From: Patescibacteria group bacterium
GTDB lineage: Bacteria; Patescibacteriota; Minisyncoccia; GCA-002772825
DNA length: 64,000 nucleotides
Assembly: GCA_024654625.1 (NCBI GenBank)
Contig: JANLHB010000016.1
Location: 137 to 64,136 of the forward strand
Direction: 5' to 3'
The translations under genes and the position numbers were made by a program. This document shows positions 26,093 through 36,517 of the stretch, one piece after another. Position 1 is the stretch's first letter. Every line of letters begins with the position of its first letter. Below the pieces are notes generated by a model. That model was given only the letters and a program-made list of their open reading frames with translations. It was not told the DNA's origin and made no database searches.

Positions 26093-27013
26093 ATGAGCTG
26101 GGTTTTTGTTGCCATTGTAGCTTACTTTATAAACGCCGTTAATTCGGTTATTGATAAGTTGCTCTTAGATAAGAATATTCCAAACCCTATTGCTTACACA
26201 TTTTATGTAGGTTTGTTCAGCATATTTGCTTTGGCTTTTGCGCCGTTTAGTTTGGTGTGGCCCGGTCTTGGGCAACTTCTTTTGAGTTTTCTTGTGGGGG
26301 CGGTTTTTCTTTGCGCGCTTCTGGCTTTCTTTATTGCTTTAAGCAAAGACGAGGTTTCTCGTATCGCTCCTATTGTCGGCGCTTTCACGCCGATTTTTGT
26401 ATTTTTACTTTCTTTTCTTTTTTTAGGAGAAAGATTATTTTGGCACCAGATAACAGCTTTTGTTTTTCTTTTTGCAGGAGGAATTTTAATCTTAGCCAGA
26501 AGGAAAGAGCACCATCTCCACAATAATTCGGCATTTAAAAAATATTCTTGGCGAAAGATTGAGATATCAATTTTAGCCGCTTTTTTATTTGCTCTTTTTT
26601 ATGTGTTAACAAAATTTGTTTTCTTGAATCAGCCATTTGTTTCAACTTTTGTGTGGACTAGGGTGGGGAGTTTTCTTGCCGCTTTTTTGCTTATTTTGCC
26701 AAAAGGATTTAGGCGATCAGTTTTTCACACTACAAAAAATGTTGGGGCAAAAGGAGGAGGCTTATTTATCTTCAATAAGTTTTTAGCAGGTATAGGTTTT
26801 ATTCTTCTAAACTATGCTATCTCTCTCGGAAGTGTTACTTTAGTGAATGCGCTTCAAGGGATACAGTATATTTCTATTCTGTTTTTAGCTGGGATTATTG
26901 TTAGGGTTTCTCCCGGGGCTATAAAAGAAGAGGTGCATCATTGGAAATGTTTTTTGCAAAAGGTCGTGGCGGTATTTTTAATAGGCATAGGGCTAGTGGT
27001 TTTAGCTTTTTAA
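26093..27013 (+). CDS. DMT-superfamily (EamA-like) membrane transporter
   Basis: About 10 TM helices in two repeated halves. Confidence 0.45.
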   Translation: MSWVFVAIVAYFINAVNSVIDKLLLDKNIPNPIAYTFYVGLFSIFALAFAPFSLVWPGLGQLLLSFLVGAVFLCALLAFFIALSKDEVSRIAPIVGAFTPIFVFLLSFLFLGERLFWHQITAFVFLFAGGILILARRKEHHLHNNSAFKKYSWRKIEISILAAFLFALFYVLTKFVFLNQPFVSTFVWTRVGSFLAAFLLILPKGFRRSVFHTTKNVGAKGGGLFIFNKFLAGIGFILLNYAISLGSVTLVNALQGIQYISILFLAGIIVRVSPGAIKEEVHHWKCFLQKVVAVFLIGIGLVVLAF

Positions 27014-27016
27014 AAG

Positions 27017-28021
27017 ATGCTGAAAAAGGTAATTTTAATTTTGCTTGTAATTTTATTTCTAATCTTAGGATTTTTTTCTTTTTTATTCTTCACCCCTATT
27101 CAAGGTAATGCTTCTGATTATGTTTGGGGTATAACTTTTTCTAAGGCTTTTAGTCAAGATATGGGGTTGGACTTTAGAGAGGTTTATCTTGCGATGTTAG
27201 AGGAGCTTGAGCCCGGCGTGATTCGCTTGCCGCTTTATTGGCAAGACGTAGAACCTCAAAGAGAAGTTTATTTTTTTGATGATTACGATTGGATGATAGA
27301 AATGGCCAGAGAGAAAAATATAAAATTAGTTTTAGCAGTTGGACAAAAATTGCCACGCTGGCCAGAGTGCCAAATTCCTCTTTGGGTTGATCCTTTGAGT
27401 AAAGAAGAGAAAAAAGATGAGATCATTCATCTTATAGATAAAGTAATTAGGCGTTATAAAGATTATGATAATATTTACGCTTGGCAGATTGAGAACGAGC
27501 CATTTCTTCATTTTGGGGAGTGTGACAGATTTAATAGGGAATTCTTAAACGAAGAGATTGAAATAGCGCGCTCTATTGATCCAAGTCGACCTATCATAGT
27601 GACAGATAGCGGTGAGCTCGGGACTTGGTTTTCTGCCGCAAAGAGAGCCGATATTCTCGGTACTAGTGTCTATAGGATAATCTGGAATAAATATTTTGGC
27701 TATTTTGAATATCCGATTCCGCCGAATTTTTTTTGGTTTAAGGCAAATTTACTTCGCCTGTTTTATCCTGATAAACCGATTATTATAAGCGAACTCCAGA
27801 TGGAGCCATGGGGGCCTAAGATGATTTATGAAACACCTCTTTCTGAACAGGAGATTTCTATGAACATAGACCAATTTCATAGCAATATAGAATACGCTAA
27901 GAAGACCGGCTTTAAAGAAATTTATTTATGGGGCGTAGAATGGTGGTATTGGATGAAAGAGAAGCATAACAGACCGGAGTTTTGGGAGGGGGTAAAAAAA
28001 GTTATAAATGAAAAAAGATAA
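27017..28021 (+). CDS. Secreted/membrane-anchored TIM-barrel glycoside hydrolase (clan GH-A, GH5-like)
   Basis: N-terminal TM/signal, WQIENEPF acid/base-type motif and a downstream SELQMEPWG candidate nucleophile. Confidence 0.45.
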   Translation: MLKKVILILLVILFLILGFFSFLFFTPIQGNASDYVWGITFSKAFSQDMGLDFREVYLAMLEELEPGVIRLPLYWQDVEPQREVYFFDDYDWMIEMAREKNIKLVLAVGQKLPRWPECQIPLWVDPLSKEEKKDEIIHLIDKVIRRYKDYDNIYAWQIENEPFLHFGECDRFNREFLNEEIEIARSIDPSRPIIVTDSGELGTWFSAAKRADILGTSVYRIIWNKYFGYFEYPIPPNFFWFKANLLRLFYPDKPIIISELQMEPWGPKMIYETPLSEQEISMNIDQFHSNIEYAKKTGFKEIYLWGVEWWYWMKEKHNRPEFWEGVKKVINEKR

Positions 28022-28025
28022 ATAA

Positions 28026-28610
28026 ATGTCTCATCACATATATCAGACAGAAGGTATTGTCCTTGGGAAAAAAAATTTTGGCGAAGCCGATCAGTTTATA
28101 AGTTTTTATACTTCAGGCTTGGGCGGGCTTAATGCGGTAGCAAACGGGGTAAGGCTATTGAAGTCAAAGCTTAGATATAATTTAGACAATCTCTCATATG
28201 CCAGTTTCTCATTTGTTCGAGGAAAAGAGTCTTGGCGTATAATAGACGCGAGAGAGATTTCAAGATTTAACATTAAGGAAGACAATGATAAAAGAGCATC
28301 TCTTGGCAGGATCGTAAAACTTCTTTCCCGCTTGGTTCAAGGGGAAGAAAGGAATGAAAATCTTTGGGATATTGTTAAAGATGGTATATCTTTTTTAGAC
28401 AGAAATTCTTTTGACAAAAAAGCTCTAATTAATTTTGAGATTATAATGGCCATTAGGATACTAAATAATCTTGGCTATATTGGCGAGGTTGGCAATTTAG
28501 GCAGATTTTTAGATAAAAAGTTTTGTTTGGGTATGATTGATGAGATGAATAATTTTAAAAAAGAGGCTGTTGTTGAAATAAAAAAAGGACTAAAAGAGAG
28601 TCATCTTTAA
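28026..28610 (+). CDS. recO: DNA repair protein RecO (short form)
   Basis: N-terminal OB-fold signature TEGIVLGKKNFGEADQFISFYTSGLGGLNAVANGVR. Confidence 0.6.
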   Translation: MSHHIYQTEGIVLGKKNFGEADQFISFYTSGLGGLNAVANGVRLLKSKLRYNLDNLSYASFSFVRGKESWRIIDAREISRFNIKEDNDKRASLGRIVKLLSRLVQGEERNENLWDIVKDGISFLDRNSFDKKALINFEIIMAIRILNNLGYIGEVGNLGRFLDKKFCLGMIDEMNNFKKEAVVEIKKGLKESHL

Positions 28611-28659
28611 TTAATATTATAACTCTCGATTTAAGAGAGTTTTATGATATAATCATAAA

Positions 28660-30570
28660 ATGCCTGAAGAGAATGATAATATAGAAAAGTTAAAGATGAA
28701 GCTTTATAGAAAAGGGGCTTCTTTTCAGAAAAGGATAAAACGTCCGTCTCTTGGCGCCGGAATTAAGCTTGAGGAATCAGAAGATAAAGCTCAATGGGAC
28801 CCTTCTTTAAATATGACAAAGAAAAAGACTTTTATCTCTAAAATGATGCGTTTCGCGCTTCTTTTTGCCGGCATATTTTTTTCTGTCTCGCTCCTTGCGA
28901 CTGCTTATCTTTGGGATAAGGGATTTAATTTTATATCTTCCGGCGATATTGATATTATCTTTGAAGGACCTGAAAGCGTGTCAGGAGGAGAGCTTAATAG
29001 TTGGAGAATTATCGTTGAGAATAATAATAATGCTCCTCTTGAATTTGCCGATCTTATCTTGGAATATCCTTCCGGAACACGCGACTTAAAAGATGAAGAT
29101 AAATCTTTGAAAAAAAGATACCCGCTTGGACAGATAGCTCCGGGTGATAAGTCTGTTGAGGTTGTGGATCTTATCTTTTTTGGAAGTGCCGGTAGCGAGA
29201 AAGTTATAAATGCCACTTTGGAATACAGGATCACCGGATCAAATGCTATTTTTATTAAGGAAGTGAAAAAAATTGTTAAATTATTTGAATCTCCGGTAGA
29301 GGTTGCCATAAAACTTCCTTCGGAAGTAAATGCCAGACAAGAGATGAGTTTAGAGGTGGAATACATTTCTAATTCGGAAAGTGTTATTGATGGACTTGTT
29401 TTGCAAATGGAATATCCGCCCGGTTTCCAATTTAAAGACAGTAGTCCAAAGGTATCTTCCGATAAAAATAATTTATGGAACATCGGTACTTTGGAGCCCG
29501 GGAAGAAGAGAATTATAAAAATTAATGGCATTATGGACGGGGTTGATTTGGACGAAAAAGGATTTTTAGCTCAAGTTGGAATCATAAATAATAATGAGCT
29601 TGAGGTGTATGGAGAAGCCAGGGAGACAGTTGTCCTTAAAAAGATGCTTTTGGATCTCGCGATATTTATAAATGGAAACGACGATAAAGAGAATGTCGCT
29701 TTTTTAGGTGATATTATGCGAGTTGATATATTTTGGAGGAATAATCTGCCGGTTAGAATAGAAAATGGAACTATTGAAGTAAAAATAACAGGAAAAGCTG
29801 CCAATCCTCAGTCTATTTCTCCTGTAAACGGTTTTTATCGCGTTTCTGACCAGGCCTTAGTTTGGAATGCTTCATCAGTGCCGGAGTTTAGATTTATAGA
29901 GCCAGGCGAAGAGGGGAAAGTCAGTTTTACATTTTCCATGCTCAGTAGCTTGATTCAAGGAAATATAAATGATAAAAATTTTGTAGTGTCTTTAGATGCG
30001 AGTATCTTTGGTAGGAAGGCAACGGGAGTCGCTGGTGATACTGAAGCGAGAAGCGCAACTAAGAAAGATATAAAGATAGCTTCTAATCTTCAATTTGCGT
30101 CACAAGCGCTTTATTATGAAGGAGTTTTTACTAATTCCGGTCCGCTTCCTCCTAAAGCCGGAGAGAAAACGACTTATACGATAGTGTGGTCTCTTTCTAA
30201 TTCTACAAACGATGTTTTAAATGTGACGGCGAGAGCTTTCCTTCCTTCTTATGTTGAGTGGGAGGGGTCTCTGTCTCCGCAAGATGCTATTGTTTCTTAC
30301 GATAAAAATACCGGTGAAGTTGTATGGAAAGCGGGCCTTATTTCTGTCGGAACCGGAGTATTAAATCCGGCAAGAGATATCTCTTTCCAAATAAGACTTA
30401 TTCCTTCTCTTTCTCAGGTTGGCTTAGCGCCCAGTCTTATATCAGAAGTCGTAATTGAAGGGAAGGATTCTTTTGTCGGTACGGATATTAGGAAAGTTAA
30501 GGGATCGTTAAGCACTAGACTTGACAATGATCCTAAATTTAATCTTAATCAAGATAAAGTGGTCCAATAA
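28660..30570 (+). CDS. Membrane-anchored extracytoplasmic beta-rich protein of unknown function
   Basis: Single TM at about aa 65-85, then 550 aa of beta-strand-like sequence with no catalytic motif. Confidence 0.35.
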   Translation: MPEENDNIEKLKMKLYRKGASFQKRIKRPSLGAGIKLEESEDKAQWDPSLNMTKKKTFISKMMRFALLFAGIFFSVSLLATAYLWDKGFNFISSGDIDIIFEGPESVSGGELNSWRIIVENNNNAPLEFADLILEYPSGTRDLKDEDKSLKKRYPLGQIAPGDKSVEVVDLIFFGSAGSEKVINATLEYRITGSNAIFIKEVKKIVKLFESPVEVAIKLPSEVNARQEMSLEVEYISNSESVIDGLVLQMEYPPGFQFKDSSPKVSSDKNNLWNIGTLEPGKKRIIKINGIMDGVDLDEKGFLAQVGIINNNELEVYGEARETVVLKKMLLDLAIFINGNDDKENVAFLGDIMRVDIFWRNNLPVRIENGTIEVKITGKAANPQSISPVNGFYRVSDQALVWNASSVPEFRFIEPGEEGKVSFTFSMLSSLIQGNINDKNFVVSLDASIFGRKATGVAGDTEARSATKKDIKIASNLQFASQALYYEGVFTNSGPLPPKAGEKTTYTIVWSLSNSTNDVLNVTARAFLPSYVEWEGSLSPQDAIVSYDKNTGEVVWKAGLISVGTGVLNPARDISFQIRLIPSLSQVGLAPSLISEVVIEGKDSFVGTDIRKVKGSLSTRLDNDPKFNLNQDKVVQ

Positions 30571-30592
30571 TCTGATATAACTAATATAAAAT

Positions 30593-31900
30593 ATGGAAAA
30601 TAAAATGGAAAAAATAGTATCTTTGGCAAAACGGCGCGGGTTTATATACCCTGGTTCTGATATTTATGGAGGACTTGCCGGCACGTGGGATTATGGACCG
30701 TTGGGCGTTGAGCTTAAAAATAATGTGAAGGATCTATGGTGGAGGATGTTCGTGAAAGAGCGCGAAGATATGTATGGCGTGGACGCGGCGATTCTGATGA
30801 ATTCAAAAGTATGGGAAGCGTCAGGGCATGTTTCCGGTTTTTCAGACCCTCTTGTAGAATGCAAGAAATGCCACAAGCGCTTTAGAGCTGATCATTTGGA
30901 AGATGATAAATGCCCTGTCTGCGGAGGCGAACTTACTAAAGAACGTCAATTTAATATGATGTTTAAAACTCAAATTGGCGCTATGGAGGACAGTGCCGCA
31001 ATCTCATATTTGCGGCCTGAGACAGCGCAGGGAATTTTTGTAAATTTTAAAAATATTGTTGACTCATTTCACCCAAAGATTCCTTTTGGTGTCGGACAGA
31101 TAGGCAAAGCGTTTCGCAATGAAATTACTCCGCGCGATTTTATTTTCCGCGTGCGTGAGCTTGAACAGATGGAAGTGGAATATTTCATACACCCTGCTCT
31201 ATGGGAAAAATATTTTGATATGTGGAAGAATATTATGTGGAAGTGGATAGAAGCAGTGGGTATTAAAAAAGAGAGCGTGCATGAGCATGAGATAGAAGAT
31301 GGGGAACGCGCGCATTATTCAAAACGAACAATTGATTTTGAATTTGATTATCCGTTTGGCAGGAAAGAGCTTTATGGTCTTGCGTATCGCACTGATTATG
31401 ATTTGGGTAAGCATAGCGAACACTCTGGCGTGGCTCTTGATTATACTGATGAAGAGACGAAAGAGAAATTCATTCCTCATGTAATTGAGCCGTCACTTGG
31501 TCTTGACCGGACTATTCTTGCTGTATTAATTGACGCATATACGGAAGATGAGTTAGGAGGCGAGCCTCGCATTTTCCTTAGACTTAAGCCTCATATTGCC
31601 CCTGTAAAGGTAGCTGTATTCCCGCTTCTCAAAAACAAGCCTGAACTTGTAGCTAAGGCGCGCGAGGTTTACAGTATGATTAAAAAAGAAGTTCCGCAGA
31701 TAATGTTTGATAGTAACGGCAACATCGGCAAAAGATACAGAAGACAAGACGAGATAGGGACACCTTATTGTATAACTGTGGATTTTGACACATTGGAAGA
31801 CGGCACTGTAACCTTAAGAGACAGAGACACTGGGAAGCAAGATCGTATAAAGATTTCTGAAATAACTGCATCGTTGAAAGAAAAAATTAATTTTATTTAG
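30593..31900 (+). CDS. glyQS: Glycyl-tRNA synthetase (dimeric archaeal/eukaryal-type)
   Basis: RRGFIYPGSDIYGGLAGTWDYGPLG N-terminus, class II motifs, C-terminal anticodon-binding domain. Confidence 0.85.
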   Translation: MENKMEKIVSLAKRRGFIYPGSDIYGGLAGTWDYGPLGVELKNNVKDLWWRMFVKEREDMYGVDAAILMNSKVWEASGHVSGFSDPLVECKKCHKRFRADHLEDDKCPVCGGELTKERQFNMMFKTQIGAMEDSAAISYLRPETAQGIFVNFKNIVDSFHPKIPFGVGQIGKAFRNEITPRDFIFRVRELEQMEVEYFIHPALWEKYFDMWKNIMWKWIEAVGIKKESVHEHEIEDGERAHYSKRTIDFEFDYPFGRKELYGLAYRTDYDLGKHSEHSGVALDYTDEETKEKFIPHVIEPSLGLDRTILAVLIDAYTEDELGGEPRIFLRLKPHIAPVKVAVFPLLKNKPELVAKAREVYSMIKKEVPQIMFDSNGNIGKRYRRQDEIGTPYCITVDFDTLEDGTVTLRDRDTGKQDRIKISEITASLKEKINFI

Positions 31901-31902
31901 TT

Positions 31903-33183
31903 ATGAAATATGAAAAGTATACTTTAAAGAATGGCCTTCGGGTTATTATCGTCCCGATGAATAATACTCAGTCGGTTGTTTTTCAAGTGCTTGTTAAAAC
32001 CGGCTCTAAGAATGAAGATAAAAAGATAAATGGTATCTCTCACTTCCTGGAGCACCTTGTGTTTAAAGGTACCAAGAAAAGACCTAAGCCTGGGACAATA
32101 AGTAAAGAACTTGATCGCATTGGGGCGGATCATAATGCTTTTACAGGCAAAGAGATTACCGGTTTTTGGGTAAAATTAGCCTCAAAGGATTTTGATATAG
32201 GTTTTGATGTTATTTCAGATATGGTCTTAAATCCGATTTTTGACACTAAAGAGATAGAAAAAGAGAGAGGAGTAATCTTGCAAGAGATTTCTTCTTATGA
32301 AGATCAGTTTAGTAGCAAGGCATTGATGTATGTCGAAGAGATGCTTTATGAAGGTAACCCTCATAGTATGATGACTCTTGGTACTAATGATAGCGTAAAA
32401 AATATTTTAAGGAATGATATTTTGAAATATAGAAAAGAACGATATATTTCAAATAACATGATAGTAATAGTCGTCGGCAATATAGACGGAAATGATGCTT
32501 TGAAAAAAATTAAAAAAGTCTTTAGCAAGCTTAAGGCCGATAAAGAGCATAAAATTCCACCGCCAAAGATTAAACAGAATGATATAAATATAAAAATTAA
32601 AAATAAAAAATGCGACCAGTCTCATCTGGCTGTTGGAGTGCGAGCTTACGGATTATCTAATGAGAAAAAATATATACTTGAAATTTTATCTGTGGTCCTT
32701 GGTGGAAACATGTCATCCCGTCTTTTTAAAGAATTAAGAGAAAAGCGCGGTTTGGCTTATTATGTTGGCGCAAGCAATATGGAATATGAGGATTCGGGAT
32801 ATTTGCTCATGCGAGCCGGAGTACCAAAAGATAAGATCAATACTGTTTTTCAGGTATTTTCTAAATTATTAAATGATTTTAAGAAGCGTCCAGTATCAAA
32901 AAGTGAACTTCACTCTGCTAAAGAGTTCATAAGAGGGAAGATGTCATTGACTCTTGAACATACTGAATACGTGGCCGATTTTTTTGGTGAACAAGAGCTT
33001 TTTTATAATAAAATTCTTACTCCTCAAGAGATTATGGAAAAGATTGAAAAAGTTACCGCAAGTGATATTATGAAAGTAGCTGGTGACATCTTCCGTCCGG
33101 AAAATATCAACATAGCCGGTATTATCCCGGAGGATGGTAAGAGTATGGATCCTGATAAAATAAGAAATATATTCTTAAAATAA
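31903..33183 (+). CDS. M16-family zinc metallopeptidase (pitrilysin-like)
   Basis: Inverted zinc motif HFLEH and downstream E ligands. Confidence 0.8.
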   Translation: MKYEKYTLKNGLRVIIVPMNNTQSVVFQVLVKTGSKNEDKKINGISHFLEHLVFKGTKKRPKPGTISKELDRIGADHNAFTGKEITGFWVKLASKDFDIGFDVISDMVLNPIFDTKEIEKERGVILQEISSYEDQFSSKALMYVEEMLYEGNPHSMMTLGTNDSVKNILRNDILKYRKERYISNNMIVIVVGNIDGNDALKKIKKVFSKLKADKEHKIPPPKIKQNDINIKIKNKKCDQSHLAVGVRAYGLSNEKKYILEILSVVLGGNMSSRLFKELREKRGLAYYVGASNMEYEDSGYLLMRAGVPKDKINTVFQVFSKLLNDFKKRPVSKSELHSAKEFIRGKMSLTLEHTEYVADFFGEQELFYNKILTPQEIMEKIEKVTASDIMKVAGDIFRPENINIAGIIPEDGKSMDPDKIRNIFLK

Positions 33184-33184
33184 T

Positions 33185-34240
33185 ATGGAAACAAAAAATG
33201 AAAAAAATATAATAATAAGTATTACAAGTGGAAGTATCTTAAAGATAATAGTCTTTGTTGCGGCCGTTTTGCTTCTATACATTTTGCGCGATATGGTGGC
33301 TGTGATTTTAACCTCTGTTGTTATCGCTTCAGCTGTTGAACCGGCAGCTCGATGGTTTGAAAATCGCCGCATACCCAGGGTATTTGGTGTTTTGTTTGTT
33401 TATCTAATATCGTTTTTGATAATAGGGGCGATATTTGTCTTTATTATTCCACCTGTCTTTAGTGATTTATCAGGCTTTACAGAGACAATACCAAGTTATC
33501 TCAATAGGCCGTTTGAGTCCGCGACTTTTTCATCGTTTATAACGAGTATTCCGGAATCTCTATCTGTAGCTATCTCAGACCTTACTAAAGTTCTTGAGGC
33601 TTCCAGCGGCAAGATAACTTCAGGATTTTTCCAGGCGGCATCTGCTGTTTTTGGAGGGGCGCTTTCATTTATTCTTATCGTTGTTATTTCATTTTATCTT
33701 TCTGTCCAAAAGGGAGGTTTGGAGAATTTTTTACGGATTATAACTCCCGACAGTGAAGAGCAGTATGTTGTAAAACTTTGGCGGCGAGCTGAACAGAAGA
33801 TAGGGCTTTGGCTTCAAGGGCAGATTCTCTTAGGTGTTTTGGTGGGGATTTTAGTTTATCTGGGACTTACTATTTTAGGAGTGAAATATGCTCTTGTTTT
33901 TGCCATTATTTCAGCTCTCTTTGAGCTTATACCTATTTTCGGGCCAATTATGGCTTCTATACCGGCAATAGGCGTGGCATTTCTTGAGTCGCCTACTCTA
34001 GGCCTTATGGTTATTGGCCTTTACTTAGTCATCCAACAGTTTGAAAATCATTTAATTTATCCTCTTGTTGTAAAGAAAATTATCGGTATCCCTCCGATAC
34101 TTGTAATTCTTTCTCTAGTTATCGGCGGCGAATTGGCCGGTTTTTTTGGAGTGCTTTTGGCTATTCCTGTGGCGACTGTTTTAATGGAGCTTTCAAAAGA
34201 TATCGCGGAAAGAAAGCATATTTTTGAAAAGGAAATATAA
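33185..34240 (+). CDS. AI-2E family (UPF0118/PerM-like) transporter
   Basis: Eight TM helices and the characteristic LIPIFGPIMASIPAI segment. Confidence 0.6.
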   Translation: METKNEKNIIISITSGSILKIIVFVAAVLLLYILRDMVAVILTSVVIASAVEPAARWFENRRIPRVFGVLFVYLISFLIIGAIFVFIIPPVFSDLSGFTETIPSYLNRPFESATFSSFITSIPESLSVAISDLTKVLEASSGKITSGFFQAASAVFGGALSFILIVVISFYLSVQKGGLENFLRIITPDSEEQYVVKLWRRAEQKIGLWLQGQILLGVLVGILVYLGLTILGVKYALVFAIISALFELIPIFGPIMASIPAIGVAFLESPTLGLMVIGLYLVIQQFENHLIYPLVVKKIIGIPPILVILSLVIGGELAGFFGVLLAIPVATVLMELSKDIAERKHIFEKEI

Positions 34241-35702
34241 TGCTTTAATGGAAAAAGGTAAATTTTATATAACAACAACTCTCCCTTATGTTAATGCCGA
34301 TCCGCATCTTGGTCATGCTCTTGAGTTAGTTGAGGCCGATATTGTCGCTCGTTTTCATAGGGGGCTAGGTGAAGAGGTATTTTTTAATACCGGGACAGAT
34401 GAGCATGGTCTTAAGGTCTACAGGAAGGCGCAAGAGAAAGGAGAGATAGTTCAAAATTATTGCGACTCTTGCGCCGAGAATTTCAGGAAGCTGCAACCGG
34501 CTCTTAATCTGACAAGCGATGCTTTCATCCGCACTACAGACAGCCACCATAAAGAGGCGGCGCAAGAATTTTGGCGCAGGTCTTTTGATGCCGGCGATAT
34601 TTATAAGAAAAATTATAAAATAAAATATTGCGTCGGTTGCGAGCTTGAGAAGACTGATTCTGATCTTAAAGACGGCAAATGTCTGGATCATCCTAATTTG
34701 GAGATAGAGGTAATTGAAGAAGAAAATTATTTTTTTCGTTTTTCTAAATATCAGGACAGGCTGATTGATTTTTATGAGAAAAATTCTTTTTTTGTTCTGC
34801 CGGAGAAAAGATTTAATGAAGCGAAAAAATTTGTAGAAAGCGGTATTTCCGACTTTAGTATCTCTCGTCTGAAAGAGAAGATGCCATGGGGAGTGCCTGT
34901 GCCGAACGATCAAGATCATGTGATGTATGTTTGGTTTGACGCTTTGGTGAATTATATTTCTACTCTTGGCTGGCCTGAAGACGAAAAAAAATTTCACGCT
35001 TTTTGGCCCGGTGTTCAATTAGCGGGTAAAGATAATCTCAGACAACAAGCTGTAATGTGGCAGGCTATGCTTATGTCTGTCGGACTGCCAAATACCACTC
35101 AGGTTGTAATACATGGTTTTATAACAAGTAACGGACAGAAGATGTCAAAGACTTTAGGCAATGTTATAAACCCTTTTGACATAGTAGAACGTTATGGAAC
35201 AGACGCTTTGCGGTATTATTTAGCGCGCGAAGTTTCTCCTTTTGAAGATAGTGATTTTACAGAGGAGAAATTCAAAGAGGCTTATAATGCCAATCTGGCA
35301 AACGGCCTTGGCAACTTAGTCTCAAGGACTATGAAGATGTTTGTCGCTTATGATGTTTATAATTATGGTTTTGAGTTCAATTTTAGTCCATTTGAAGAAA
35401 TGGTAAAAAGTGAGAGTTATAGGGATTATAGAGAATTTATAGCAACTTTTGAGTTTGGCAAAGTGATGGATTTTATTTGGGAGAGGATAGGCGGTATTGA
35501 TAAACGCATACAGGAGACTCAACCATTTAAATTTATAAAGACAGATAAAGAGAAAGCTATTGATGATGTTGCTGGTCTGGTTAATGAGCTTTGGGGTATC
35601 GCCAACTTACTCGCTCCATTTATGCCGGAAACTTCGCAAAAGATAAAAGAAGCGATAAAGGCAAATAAAATGCCGGAACCGTTGTTTTTAAGGAAAGAAT
35701 AA
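34224..35702 (+). CDS. metG: Methionyl-tRNA synthetase (minimal form). The start may be ATG at 34248
   Basis: YITTTLPYVNADPHLGH (HIGH) and KMSKTLGN motifs. Confidence 0.9.
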   Translation: MKRKYNALMEKGKFYITTTLPYVNADPHLGHALELVEADIVARFHRGLGEEVFFNTGTDEHGLKVYRKAQEKGEIVQNYCDSCAENFRKLQPALNLTSDAFIRTTDSHHKEAAQEFWRRSFDAGDIYKKNYKIKYCVGCELEKTDSDLKDGKCLDHPNLEIEVIEEENYFFRFSKYQDRLIDFYEKNSFFVLPEKRFNEAKKFVESGISDFSISRLKEKMPWGVPVPNDQDHVMYVWFDALVNYISTLGWPEDEKKFHAFWPGVQLAGKDNLRQQAVMWQAMLMSVGLPNTTQVVIHGFITSNGQKMSKTLGNVINPFDIVERYGTDALRYYLAREVSPFEDSDFTEEKFKEAYNANLANGLGNLVSRTMKMFVAYDVYNYGFEFNFSPFEEMVKSESYRDYREFIATFEFGKVMDFIWERIGGIDKRIQETQPFKFIKTDKEKAIDDVAGLVNELWGIANLLAPFMPETSQKIKEAIKANKMPEPLFLRKE

Positions 35703-36517
35703 TGAAGCCAAAACTTTTTGACATTCATTCGCATTTGAATTTTCCTGAGTTTGATAATGACAGGGAAGAGATAATAAAAAAAATGCAGGCAGAAGGTATC
35801 TTTACTATTGTTGTCGGTACAGATAAAGAGACTTCTAAAAGCGCCATAAAACTTGCAGAATCCGCCTCGGCGGATGATAACCTTTTCGCTTCTGTTGGCT
35901 TGCACCCGACAGATAAAGAAGATGGCGAGTTTTCCGCCCAAGGCGGACCAGTCTTAGGCTGGGATTATGGATATTATAAAAAGATTGCCATGCATCCTAA
36001 AGTTGTTGCCATAGGCGAATGCGGAATAGATTTATTTCGTCGGGAGAGAAGCGATTTAAAAAGACAAGAGGATGTATTTAGGAAGCATGTCAAGCTGGCT
36101 CTAGAGATAGATAAACCGCTGATGATTCATTGTAGGGACGCTCATAATGAAGTTTTAGAGATTCTTAATTCGTATTTTTTGATACATGGCGCTAAATTGC
36201 GAGGGAACATTCATTTTTTCTCAGGAGATATTGATATTGCGCAAAGATATTTTGACCTTGGTTTTTCAATCTCTTTTGCCGGTGTCATCACTTTTTCAAG
36301 AGATTATGATGAAGTGATAAAAAGGGCGCCTCTTGAAAGAATAATGATTGAGACGGATTCGCCGTTTGTAGCGCCAGCTCCGTATAGAGGCAAGCGCAAT
36401 GAACCGCTTTATGTGAAAGAAGTAGCTAAAAAAATCGCTGAAATAAGAGGCATCTCTTATGAAGAGGTGTCAGAGATTACGACAGAGAATGCATTAAGAA
36501 TGTTTTATGAACATTAG
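35702..36517 (+). CDS. tatD: TatD-family metal-dependent hydrolase
   Basis: FDIHSHLNF N-terminal His cluster and TIM-barrel TatD motifs. Confidence 0.8.
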   Translation: MKPKLFDIHSHLNFPEFDNDREEIIKKMQAEGIFTIVVGTDKETSKSAIKLAESASADDNLFASVGLHPTDKEDGEFSAQGGPVLGWDYGYYKKIAMHPKVVAIGECGIDLFRRERSDLKRQEDVFRKHVKLALEIDKPLMIHCRDAHNEVLEILNSYFLIHGAKLRGNIHFFSGDIDIAQRYFDLGFSISFAGVITFSRDYDEVIKRAPLERIMIETDSPFVAPAPYRGKRNEPLYVKEVAKKIAEIRGISYEEVSEITTENALRMFYEH

